Assembly: GCA_004431415.1 (NCBI GenBank)
Contig: QPMI01000186.1
Location: 1-64,000, forward strand
Length of the DNA: 64,000 bases
Source of the DNA: Cyanophora paradoxa CCMP329
Lineage: Eukaryota; Plantae; Glaucophyta
Reading direction: 5' to 3'
The notes beneath the pieces are model-generated. The model saw only the letters and a program-made list of their open reading frames with translations. It had not been told where the DNA came from and did not search any database. The position numbers and the translations under genes were made by a program. This document shows, piece by piece, positions 41,908 to 53,947 of the stretch; positions within the stretch are counted from its first letter, which is position 1; each line of letters opens with the position of its first letter.

Positions 41908-44370
41908 ATGGGGAGGACGATCCAGATCTACTCCGGGTGTAGGGACGGCACGATGCCCAGGAACCTGGTCCGCCGCGCCGGCCAGCCTCGCGGATCATGG
42001 GGCCAACCCGCCGCAGGTGGAGGCGGTCCTGGTCGCCCAGCACGGCGACGTCATAGAGATCCCGGTCCGCCCTGCTCAGGCGGCGCCCCGCGCGGCCTTT
42101 TACGATGTCTCCCTCTCTCCGCCGGGCCGATGGGGTGCGCGGCGCAGGACGGCGTGCACAAGTTCGACGGCGAGGTGGAGGTGCCCGGCCCGCCCGCAGC
42201 CCAGCGCCCCCCGCCGCGCCGCCCCGCGCCGACGCTCCGCCGCGCAGGTCCCGTGGAGCGTCACAATACGATCCGCCTCTGGAAAGCAGAGACACTGCAC
42301 CCTCGAGTGGAACTTTCACGAGCCAGGTAGCCCAACATTCGTCGCGAATTGCCGGCCAAAGCCTCTCTGACACCTGCGCCGCGGCGGCTGCGCAGGCACA
42401 TTCACGTGCCTCAAACTCTCCGCCGCCAACGGGACGTGCGCCCTCTCCCGCGCCCGCCCCGCGCCGCGCCTTCGGCTCGCTCAGCGGGGTGCGCAGGCTG
42501 CAGAATCTGCGGATACGGGTGAAGGGCGTGCGGAACGTCGTCGCCACGGCGGTCGAGTGCGAGCGGCTCTCGTCCTGGAGCCTCGAAGGCGTGGACGGTT
42601 CGCCTCCGGCCCCGCCCGCCCGCCGCCCGCCCGCACCGCAGGACCCGATCGCCGCCCCTGCCGGCAGTGAAGGGCCTGCCCGGAGGCGTCGGCGTGCACA
42701 TGGGCGAGGGGAGCAACGGCTCAGTGAGGCGCTGCGTCGTCCACAACTGCAGCTGGGGCATCGAAGCGCGTGCACCCCCCTTCGCTCCTCCTCCGCCGCC
42801 GCCGCGACCCTCGAGCGTGCCCGGCAGGTGTACAAGTGCGCGGGGCTGATCGAGGACTGCAAGCTGCACCACTGCAAGGTCGGGCTCGCCGTCCGGTACG
42901 GGGGATGGATCCAAGGGGGGGTAGAGCGGCCGCGCCGAGCCGGGCGCCGCGCAGGTACGAGGGCGCCAGGCCCACCGTCAAGAACTGCGAGGTGCGGGGA
43001 GGGCCCGGAGCTGGGTTGTGCACGCCCCGGGGTCGACCATCCGAGTACCCCTCCCCCCCTCAGATCCACGTGACGCGCATTGCCGGAATCCTGGTCGAGG
43101 GCAACGCCGAGGGCGCGCCGCGTACCCCCTCCGCTCCTTCCGCTTTGCCTCCCCACTGAGTCTCCCCGCAGGCTACTTCGAGAAAAACGAGATCTACTGC
43201 TGCGGTGGCTCCGGCATCGAGGTATCCCTCATGGGCTCCAGGTGCCGTACCCCCCTCCCCTCGCCGACGCGCGGCCGACGACCTCGCGCGCAGCCCCGTG
43301 TTCAAGGAGAACAAGGTGCGCCCCGAGCGGCCCTCCCCCGAGGGGGCGGGGCGATGAGGCGGGGCGGGGCGGGCAGATCCACGACGTGCAGGGGAACGGG
43401 GCGTACCTGCACCACGGGGCGCGCCCCGTCCTGGACGAGAACGAGATCTACGAGTGCCTCGAGTCCGGCGCGTCCCTCCCAGGCGGCCCCGGCCGGCCTC
43501 TCTCACGCGGCGGGGCGCGGGCAGGGGTCGTGGTGTACGGCGAGGGCTCTCTCGCCACCCTCCAGGTGCGCGGCGCGGCGCGGCGCGGCGCGGCGCGGGG
43601 CCCCCGGGGCCCGCCCGCGGGCGGCGCGCTCCGTGCGAGACCGCCACCGCCCGCAGCGCAACGAGATCCGCAACTGCAACGGGTCGGGCGTGCGCTTCGA
43701 GCGGAGGGCCGCCGGCAGGTGCGCCGGCCGCCAGGGGGCGGCGCGGCCCGTTGCCGACGGTCCGGCCGGCGCAGCGCGACGGAGAACGAGGTGCACCACG
43801 TGTGGGAGGCCGGCATCGTCACCGACGGCGCCGGCGCCGTGACCGTGCGCGCCTCGCCCCGCACCCCCGGCTCCCTCTCTGCGGCCGCCTCACCCCGCAC
43901 CCCGCACCCCGCAAGCAGAAGGAGTCGAACAAGGTCTCGAGCGAGAACCTGAAGCAGACGGCGCCCAAGGGGGTGCGCCCCCGCCCGAGCTCCATGGGCG
44001 GGGGGTACGGGGCCCGGGCGCTGAGGGGGAGCCCGTGCAGTACTTCCGGGGGGAGGAGAACAAGCCGGCGCACCCCGACCTCAAGGGTAGGCTCGGGCCC
44101 CTCTGGGAGTGCCGCCCCCCGGCCCCGGCCCTCGCCGCCCCGCCGGCCGTCTCCGAGTCGGAGCCCCGCGCGCAGATTTGAACCCCGCGCTCTACAAGCA
44201 GCAGGACGGGAAGAAGGCGTGGGTCCCCGCCGGTGAGCCTCGGAGTGCCCCCGCCAGAGCACACGCAGGCGCCGCTGCACCAGCGTCCGACGGCGCACCC
44301 CCCTCCCCGCGCGCGCGCAGGCGAGCACGTCCTGCGTGTGAAGTCTGTCCCCCGCAAGAAGAAGAAGTGA
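41908..44370 (+). CDS. Right-handed parallel beta-helix repeat protein (FBXO11/NosD-like repeats)
   Basis: Repeats PTVKNCE|IH..AGILV, FEKNEIYCCGGSGIEV, PVFKENK|IHDVQGNGAYL, PVLDENEIYE and RNEIRNCNGSGV; ends PRKKKK*. Confidence 0.8.
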
Positions 44371-45181
44371 GGCCGCGGCCGCGCCGGCGCCGCGGGCCGG
44401 CACCGCGGGCCGGCGCCCGCCTTCTAGCCTCGTAGCTGTAGCAGCGCCCGGCCGCTGCTACATACATGTATAGCTCCTCTCCTCTCTAATCATCCGAGGA
44501 TCTCCTTCATGATCAGCTATGATGTCGACATCGCGATCGAAGCCTAGGCCTTAGCGGCTAAGCTTAAGCGGCTAAGCCTCATGATCACGCGCGTACGCAG
44601 CCGTCGGTTGGTACCCCAGCTCGCGATCGAGCTCCGAGCGCGATCGCGATTCGCGATCGAACGGGCCTCACATGAGTCACATATTCATTTTGGGATTGGA
44701 CGGTCGACTTTCGCCGCCCGGAAACGCGTACGCCCTTTGGACGGGGCCGGCGCCGGCTCCTGATTATGATGCAATTGCGCATGCGAAGAGCACGCGCACC
44801 GCGCCGGTACCATACCCGGTATGCATGAAGCTTTAGGCATCAACGTCCATCCATCCGATGATCTAGCAGGCAACTTGCAGCTATGCATGCGCTGCGCCGC
44901 TAGTTAGTCCAAGCGTTCCAGCCGAGAACTTTCCCCTAGGCCTGCGGAGCCTCTCAGCAGCTCGAGAAGGCTGCGGAGCCCCCAGAAGAGCTCGAGCGCG
45001 AACGTACGTGCTATCACAGCGACTTGGCGATCAGCTGCCACTCGTGCACTGCTCTGCAGCTGTGGTCCCTCTTAAACTGCTGCGAGCCGGCTAGCGTTGG
45101 GCCTGGCACTGTCGATGGATCTGGCGTGAGGCTCCGTGAGCCTCGCCCATCCCGTCACCTGTGCACCGGGATCGCCCAGCA

Positions 45182-48100
45182 ATGCCTCGTACAATAGCCC
45201 CAGTTCCAAGCGGAGGCGCTGGAGGGCTGGGGAGCATCGGGCAGGGGCCCCTCGGAGGCGAGAGCGGCGTGGCGCCCCTGGACCTTGGCCTCGGAGCGGC
45301 CAAGGATCCAGGCCTGGGGGCGTCGGGGCGCCTCTCCACGGAGCCCTCGATGGTCTCCCTCCGCATGCGCCCTGACCGGTGTGGCGCCGCCCAGCGTCGG
45401 CCCTGCGCTGGCGCCCTCGCCCCGCCCCGCCGCACTCGTGCTCATGCGCGGAGCAGGCGCAAGGGAAGAGGAAGCGCCGAGCGGAGGCGAAGAATGTCCC
45501 TCCGCTGGCTTTTCGTATTGCTCTCGATCTTGTATATCACAGTCGCGACGGCGGTGCGCCCCAACGGCGGCCCGGGCGCCGGCCCCCTACTCAACCACGT
45601 TCGCCCCTGGCGCGCTCGCAGGTGACGTGGGCCGTTACGTACGTCTTCGCCCTGCGGAACATCCGGTGCGCGACGCGCAGCTCCAGCCGCGGCCGCCGGC
45701 GCCGGCGGCTCACGCTCGCCGCGCCGCAGGGACGTCACTGCGGCGCTGCTGGACGAGGCGCGCGAGTCGGCCGTCCAGTCTGTCACCGTGCGGCCCCGCC
45801 CCCCGCGGCGCCCCCGCACGCATCGCTTAGCGGGCGCCAGGGGTACATCTCAGCCGCACAGAACATCAACCACCGCACCCGCAGCGGCTTCGAGAGCGTG
45901 CGCGGTCCCCTCTTCGACCCGCACCCCTCTTCGCGCCCTACCCGGACCCCGAGCCCCTGCCCTCCACTGCGCAGGGTCTCCTCACGAAAGCGGCCTGGCG
46001 AAAGACCCTGGAGGTTCGTTCCCCGTGCCCCCCCCCCCCCCCCCCCCCCCCCTTTCCCGCCATTTGTGACGGCTGGCCCCTCCCGCAGTACATTACGGCG
46101 AGCGTGGGTATTCCTCTCCTCCCCGTCTTGAAGCCGGCCGCGGAATTCTGAAGCCGCCCTCGCGATTCCAGGATCGTTTCCGGAAGTGGGCGCCGTAACG
46201 GCCGCCGTGCGATTCGCCGGTGAGCGCGCCGCGCGCCGCCGCGCTCCCCTCGGCCGGCCTCACGTGGACGGGCGGCGGGGCGCAGACTCGACGATACTGG
46301 GCATACGGGTGCGCTCGCGGAGTCCTGCTCCCTTCCTCGAGCTCGAGCTCGAGGTAGAGCTGGGGCGGGGCGGGGCCAGAACTGCCGCCGTGGGGGCCTG
46401 CACGGCTGCACGGACCCCGACGTCTTCACCTCCAACGGTGCCCGCCCCGCCCCCGCAGGCGCTCCCCCAGCCGCCCTCGCCGCTCGGAGAGGAGCCTGCA
46501 AGCTCGGCGCATGAGACTTGATTCTCATAGAGAGCGCTGCTAGAGGAGGCGCGCCGCGCTGGCCGGCTCTTCTCTGACGCCGCAGGGGCGCCGGGGGCCG
46601 GCAGGGACGCACTTCAACTTCTACGCGGGGTCGGACCGGGGGCAACCCCTCGCCTGGCGGGCGCGCCCGTCGCCCCGCCCCGCCCCCGCCCCGTGTCGCT
46701 TTTGACGCCGCGAGCAGGCCGCCGAGCCGGCGCCGACGACCCTCTCCGGCATGTGCGCCACCCCTCGCAGGAGCAGCTCGGCGCGGGGCGGGGCGGCGCT
46801 GAGGGGGCGGCAGGTACGGGGAGGTGGCGGCGAGCGCCGGCCTCGCGAACTGGCACGAGCTCGCCACGCTGCGCGTCTCCGTCGCGGCGCGCCCCGCCCC
46901 GCCCCGCCGCGCCTCGCCGGCCCCTGACGGCGGCTCGCGGGGCGCAGAACTGGGGCCCCCTCAACCGCATCGCCTTCGAGTGCGCCGCCGTACCCTCCGC
47001 GCCGAGGGGCACGGGCCGACGCGGCGCTCAGGTACGGCACGGGCATCCGCCTCAGGCCCGCCCCCGAGCAGCTCGGCCTCGCCGTGCCCGTCGGCATCCC
47101 GGGGGAGGCCCCGGCGCCGGCCCCCGCCGGCGCCGGCGCCCCGACGCGCCGGGCGAGATGATCGGCATCTCCGTGGCGCGTGGCGCCGCCCGCGTCGCTC
47201 TGCCCCCCGCCTGAGGCGCGGGGCGGCAGGTGTCGGTGGGCGTGGGGGCGCTCTCGGCGTTCCTGCGGGGGACGCGGCTGGCGCGGGACGGCGTGGTCCT
47301 CGTGACGACCCCCGCGGGGGCGATGGTCGCCACCTCCACCGACGACCCCGCCCACCTCGTCGACCCCGCCGTGCGCCCCGCCGGCACCCCGCCCCCGCCC
47401 CCGCCCCTCCTCCTCCTCCCCGGGGCGACGGGGGCGGGCAGGGGAAGGCGGTGCTGGCCTCGGAGAGCCCGTCGCCCCTCATCCGCGCCCTCGTCTCCGA
47501 GGCCCGCCCGCCCGGGGGCCCCCGGGGCCCGCCCCCGCTCGCCGGCCCCCGCTGAGGCGGCGCAGGCGATGGCGCGGCCGGCCCCCGGGCGCAGCTCCTT
47601 CCTCACCCTCTCCGCCGAGGGCCGCGTCTACTACTTCTCCCGCGCCTCCGTCTCCTTCGAGCCGAACCTCAGCTGGAACATGTGCGCCCTGCGCCCACGC
47701 GCCGGCGCCGCCGGGCCGCGCCGGGGCCCTGCTGAGCGTTGCGCGCAGCGTGCTGGCGGTGCGGGAGGAGGCGGTGCTGGCGCAGATCAGCTCCTCCATC
47801 ACCGTCATCTCCTGCGCCAACGCCGCCTGGTGGCCCCGCCCCGCCCCGCCCCCCCAGCCCCGCGAGCCCCGCCCCGCCGGCGTCTGAACGGGGTGCAGGC
47901 TGGTGGTGAGCGTGGCGGCGGCGGTGTTCGCGGGGCTGCGCGTCACGCGGCCCCTCGCGGAGCTGCACAGCTCGCTCTCCGTCGTGCTGGAGACGCTGAC
48001 CGGCATGACCCGCGAGGTGCGCCGCCCCCGGGGCCGCCGGCGGGGGCGCGCTGAGGGGCCTCCGGGCAGCTGCGGGCGCACCTCGTGGAGTCGTCGCGCC

Positions 48101-51100
48101 GCGGCTCCCTCGTCTCCTCCACCGCCTCCATCTCCGACGCCGGCGGCGGCCCGCACGAGAGCGGCGGCGAGGAGCCCGGCCCCGACAGCAAGCCCCCGAG
48201 GCCCGCCCCGCACCCCGCACCCGCCCCCCAGCTTCTCCCTGCCATCTCTAGCGGCGTTTCTGCCGATCTATAGGAAAGCGCGCTCCCTGCGCGCCCTCTC
48301 TGAGGCCGGGGGCAGCCTGCGGGAGGCGTCGCCGGCGGCCCCCGCCCTGGCCTCCTCCTTCAGCGAGCTCGCCAGGTGCCGCCTGCCCCGCGCCTCGCGC
48401 CGGGAGGGGGCGGGGGGCCTGACGCCGGCGCTGCCGCAGGTTCGAGCCGCTGCTGGCGCGCGTGCACTCGCGCTTCTCCTCCTTCGCGGGGCTCCTCTCC
48501 CGCGAGAACCAGGCCCGCGTCGGTGCGCCCCCTCCCCCACCGCGGCCGCGCCAGGGGCCTGAGGGGCGGGGGGCAGAGACGCGGGCGCGGGCGGAGGCTG
48601 TCTCCAAGTTCCTCTCCACTATGTCCCACGAGAGCGCGCCCCGCCCCACCCCGCCCCTCTCCCCGCCCCCGCGCCCCGGGCCCGAGCGGGGGCGCGCAGT
48701 GCGGACGCCGCTGAACGGCATCCTCGGCATGCTCGTGCGGCCCCGCCCGCCCCCGGCCGCCGGGTTCGAGGGCGCTGACGCGAGGGGGCCGCGCAGGAGC
48801 TGGCGTCGGACTTCGAGCTGCCGGGGGAGGCGGCGGGGTACCTGGCGGCGGCGTCGCGGTGCGGGGAGCACCTCCTCTTCATCGTCTCCGATCTGCTCGA
48901 CTTCCAGCGCATGGAGGCCGGCGCCCTCGCCCTCCGCCAGGCGCCCCCGCCCCCGCCCCCCGCCCTGCCCCGCCGGGCGGCCGCCTCTCTGAGCGGCGGG
49001 GCGGCAGGTGGCGCTGGACGTGCGCGAGGTCCTCGCCAGCGCCCTCAAGATGCTCGAGGCCCGCCCCGCCCCCGCCTTCGCCCCGTCGGCCCGGCCCGGC
49101 CCGGCCCGGCGCGACCCCCGGGTGCGGGGCGCGCAGGTGCAGTCGGAGGCGAAGGGGGTGGCCATCCGCGCCACCGTGGACCCCGGCGTCCCCGCGGCGC
49201 TCCTCTCCGACCCCAACCGCCTCCGCCGTGCGCCCCCGCCCCGGCCCGCCCCGCCCCGCCCGGCTCCTCTCACCGGCCCCCGCCCCCCGCAGAGGTCCTG
49301 CTCAACCTCATCGGTGCCCCCGCCCCGCCCCCGCCTCTCTCACCGGAGGCGCGCCCCGGCTGACCCCCGCCCCCGCCCCCGCCCTCGGCCCCGCCCCGCA
49401 GGCAACGCGCTGAAGGTCCGCTGCGCGCGCCCCGCGCCCCGCCGGCGGCGCGGCGCCGCTGAGCTGGGGGCGGGGGCAGTACTCGCCGGCCGGCTCGGGG
49501 GCCATTCTCGTGCGCGCCGCCGTCGACCCGAGCGCCACGGCGGCGGCGGCGGCGGCAGCGGGGCGGCCCTCGGTCGAGCGGGCGCGGCGGGCCGGCGGGG
49601 GGCGCTCGGGCTCGAGCGCGCGGGACGGGCCCGTGAGCCCGGGCGGGAAGAAGGCGGGGGCGGGGCCCCCCGTCGTCCTCCGCTTCGAGGTCGTCGACTC
49701 CGGTGCGCTCCGCCAGCCTAGCCCGCGCAAGCCTGGCGGCCCAGGCCTCGCCCCTCTACCAGTCGGTGGGCTAGCAGTCGGGGTCGGGGCGAGTGCGTGG
49801 CAGTACTCCCCCGCCTCACGGGGCGCGGCTGGGCCTGGGGCAGGGCTGGGGATCCCGCCGGAGGACCAGGCGCTGCTCTTCTCGCCCTTCTTCCGCGCCC
49901 GCGTCGCCGAGGGCGGCCACGACCCCGGCGGCACCGGTCCGCCCCGCCCCCGCTCGCCTCCGCGCCCTTCCCAACGGGAGCGGGGCGCCCCGGCAGGGCT
50001 CGGGCTGGCGATCTGCAAGGACCTGGTGCAGGGGGCCGGCGGGGCCATCGGGTGCGCCAGCGAGCCCGGGCGCGGCTCCACCTTCCACTTCACCTGGCCC
50101 TTCCTCCGAGGTGAGGGCTGGGTGGAGGGCCGGGGGGTCCTCGCGGCCCGCTCGCTCGTCGCTGCACCAGGCGAGGCCCCCCCGCCGCCTGCTGCTGACC
50201 CCGCCCCGCCGGCAGCGCCCGAGGAGGCCCCGCCGGCGCTGCTGGCCCCGGCGGTGCCGGTCCCGCTGGCGGCGGCGCGCCTGCCGCCGCTGGAGTCGCC
50301 CTCGGGCGCCTCGCCGCGGGGGCGGCGGCACCGCCCTCGGGCCGCCGCGTCCTCGTCGTCGAAGGCGCGCCCTCCCCGCTCCGCCGCCCCCTCCCGCCCC
50401 TCTCACGCCGCCCCGCAGACGACGAGGTGACGCAGCGCGTGGTGGCGCAGACGCTGAAGCGGGCGGGGCACGCCGCCCTCGTCGCCCGCCACGGCGCCGA
50501 GGCCGTCGAGCTCTTCGGGAGGGCGGCCGAGGCGGCCCCGCGCGGCGCCCGCGCCTTCGACTGCATCTTCATGGGTGCTGCACCCCCCCGCCCCCGGCCC
50601 GGGATGCGCCCTCCCCGCGCGGCCGCTGAGCGCCGGGCCGGGGGGCCGCAGACTGCTCGATGCCGGTGCTGGACGGGTACCGGGCGACGGAGGCGATCCG
50701 GGCGCTGGAGGCGGCGCGGGGCCTCCCCCGCCACCCCATCGTCGCCTTCACCGCCCACGGCGACGCCGACGGTGAGCGCGGGGCCCCTCGAGGGCGGCCG
50801 CCCCGCGGGGGCGAGCGGGGCGGGGCGCAGACGAGGACCTGTGCCGGCGGGCGGGGATGGACCTCTTTCTCATCAAGCCCGTCCGCCGCGCCGCCCTCCT
50901 CGCCAAGGCAGCCCCGCCCCGCCCGACCCCTCCGACTCTAGATCTACTTCACATTGCTTCACCCCATTCCACTTTGCTTTTCCCTGCGCTGAGGGCGCCG
51001 GGGGCGCGCGCGCAGCTCGACGAGGCGCTCCGCGGCCAGCGGCCGCCGGGCCCCGCCCCGGAACCCGCCCCCAGCCTCGACCCCGCCCCCGCCCCTCTCG

Positions 51101-52078
51101 AGCCCGTCCCGGCCCCGCAGTCCCTTCCCCGACCCCCGCGGCGGTGGCCGGCCCGGCGCCGCCCTCGTCCCGCGGCGAGGGCCCCGAGCGGCCGTCGTTC
51201 CCCTTCCCGCCCTCGCCGAGTCTGAAGGCGAAGGCGGGGGCGGCCCCGGATGAGGAGGCGGCGGCCGCCGAGCGCACCGTCCTCGTCGTCGTGCGCCGCT
51301 ACCGCCGCCGCCCCGCCCCGCGCTGGGGGGGCCTCACGGGGCGGGGGGCGGGGGCAGGACGACGTGGAGATGAACCGGCGCGTGCTCGTCGGCCTCGCCC
51401 GCAGGGAGGGCCTCCCCGTGCGCCCCCTTCGCCCCGGCGCGGCCTCGCCGGGGCGCCGAGGGCGGGCTTTTCGGGCAGGTGGAGACGGCGGGGGACGGGG
51501 AGGAGGCGGTGGCGGCCTTCTCCGCGCGGGCCGCCGCCGGCCGCCGCTTCTCCCTCATCCTCATGGACATCCAGGCCCGCCCGCCGGGGCGGGGCGGGGC
51601 GGGGCGGGGGCCGGGGGGCTTACTGGCCGGGGGCGCGGCAGATGCCGAAGATGGACGGGCGGCAGGCGGCGGCGCGCATCCGCGAGCTCGAGCGGGAGGC
51701 CGGCCTCGCCGCCCCCCTCGCCACCCCCATCGTCGGTCCGCCCCTCCCCCGCCGCCTCGCGCTCCCCTCTGCCCTCGTCGCCTGAGGCGGGGGCAGCGTG
51801 CACGGCGTTCAGCGACCGGGGCGCCTCCCTCGAGTCGGGCATGAACGACCACCTCCAGGCGCGCCTCGCACGAGCCGGCGCCGCCCGGTCCTCCCCCTCT
51901 GAGCTTGGGGCGCCCGCAGAAGCCGGTGACGCGCGCCGCCCTCCTGCCCGTCCTCCGCCGCTACTGCCCGGGCCTCGAGGCCCCCGCCGCCCCCGCCTCC
52001 GCCCCCGCTTCCGCCCCCGCACCCTCGGAGGCCGCCGCTGGCGCCCCCGCTGCTTCCGCGGCCGCGGCGCCCGCCTGA
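45182..52078 (+). CDS. Membrane-bound hybrid histidine kinase (TM-Cache-like sensor-TM-HAMP-like-HisKA-HATPase-REC-REC)
   Basis: [20 protein letters not shown]|VTWAVTY and second TM ..[17 protein letters not shown]. Core [25 protein letters not shown]|GNALK|Y, DSG|LGI and GGT|GLGLAI. REC1 VVE|DD..FM|[11 protein letters not shown]; REC2 VV|DD..LMDIQ|MPKMDG..KP. Stop 52076-52078. Confidence 0.9.
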
Positions 52079-52722
52079 GGGATTTATTGGATTATTTTTA
52101 TGTTTTTCAAGCGTGCGCAAATGCTTTTTCTGGACATTCTTCACATATCTTAGGTAACCGAGCTGCTGAGAGTTCTCTCATTTGGTCTCTCATCGCTTGG
52201 TATTTATTGCTCTGCCCTGCTCACGGGCCAGTCAGAGACCGACGGACACAGTGCCGCAGTGATTTATGCGTACATGTAAAGAGGCATTTCTTTTCACACA
52301 TTTCTCCAAATTCGCTTAAGCTTACTTCGAATTCCGTGCTTCGGAATCTTTAAAGCCACATGCTTCGTCTTTCGTGTGGCCGGTAATTCATCATCCAATG
52401 ATTGCAAGCCTCTGAGAGTCCCTGACTCGGTGAGCGTCGGAGTTTTCAAGGCCTGGCAGATTTGATCGCTGAAGTCTTGACTCAGTGAAGCCTGAACTTC
52501 TCGGAAGCAAGAATCACTGAATGGCCCACCCGTGACCGGCCAGTGGGGAGTTCGTTGCATTGCCAACTTGATAAAGCACTAGCACGTACTAGTCACTGCG
52601 ATACTAGGCAAGGAGAGCAGTCTGAAGCAGAAGAGGCGGAACTAGAGCGAGTGAGTGGGCAGCAACTCGAGACAAGAGAAGCATCAGGGCGATGGGCCCC
52701 GCGGCCCCCTCGGCGCTCGAGA

Positions 52723-53909
52723 TCACGCCGGCGGGCCGCCGGGGCCGGGGCCGGGGCCCTCGGGGCGGGGGCCGAGGCTGGCGGGGCGGCGCGGGGCGGC
52801 GGCCTCGCCCTCCACCTCCGCCTCAGCCGCCGCCTCGAAGTCCTCCAGCAGCAGCGGCCCGGGGGCCGCCGCCTCGCCCCCCTCCGAAGCCCGCCCGGGC
52901 CCCCGGCGGGAGGAGGCGGCTCGGGGCGGGGGCCGCCCCCCCTCCGCCTCCCCCTCGGGGGGCCAGAGGGGCCCCTCCTCCGCGAGCTGCCGCGCGGCGC
53001 GCCCCCTCTAAGTATCCCGCGCGCGAGCCGCAGGAGGGGAGCGGGCGGGGGCGCACCGAGACGTCGCCGGGGGAGGCCGCGTCGCTGAGCTTGCGGGGAG
53101 GCCCCTGCCCGCCCCGCCCTCACTCAGCAAGCGAGCCGGCGAGCAACGGCGGAGCGGGGCGGGGGTGCGCCTGCGGGGTCCCCCGAGGAGGGCCGGCGGC
53201 GGGGTTGCGAAGGGGCCGGCGGGGCGGGGGAGGGGCGCCGGGGGCGGGGCGCCAGACGCGGGGGCGTCGGGGCGGCGGCGAGGGCGGGCAGGTGCCCGTC
53301 CCGCGCCAGGCTCTCGAATGCGCCCCGGAAGCTGCCCCCAGCGGCCTCAGGCGGGACAGGGAGGGAGGGCGGGGGCGGGGGCGGGGCGGGCACCGCGGGC
53401 TGGCGCGGATGTCGTACGTGGCCGGCCCGCAGGCCTCCATCCCCGCCCGCGCCGCCCCGAAGGGCGCCGGCTTGGCGGCCTCGTCGGCGGCGGAGACGGA
53501 GGGGGCGCGGGGGCGGAGGCGGGTGCGGAGGCGGGGCGGGAGGAGCGGGGCGAGGCGGCGGGGGAGCTCGAGGGCGGCGAGAACGAGCAGGAGGGCGAGC
53601 ACGGGGGCCGCCGAGACGCGCCGCAGCCGCTGCCCCGCGTTGAGCGCCCCGCCCCCGCCCAGGTACGACTCGTAGAGCGCCGCCCCCGCCGCCCCCGCCA
53701 CCTCCACCCCGATCTCCTCCTGAGGCGGCGGCGGGGGTGAGGGGCGCGCGGAGAGGATGCAGAAGGGCGGGGCGGGGCGGACGGAGGGGAAGATGTCGGG
53801 GGAGGAGTAGATCCAGCAGGCGAAGGCGAGGTGCAGCAGCAGCGCCCCCTGCGCCAGGCCCTGCGCGCGCCCCGCCCCTCGCTCGCGCGGGGTCTGGAGC
53901 GGGGGCGGG

Positions 53910-53947
<38 letters not shown>

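Noticed and set aside
44520-44665. Cluster of CGATCG/GCGATCGC palindromes as cyanobacterial HIP1 DNA
   Set aside because: Short palindromes (CGATCG, GCTAGC, AGCT) are common in intergenic regions throughout the window, and there is no bacterial gene context.
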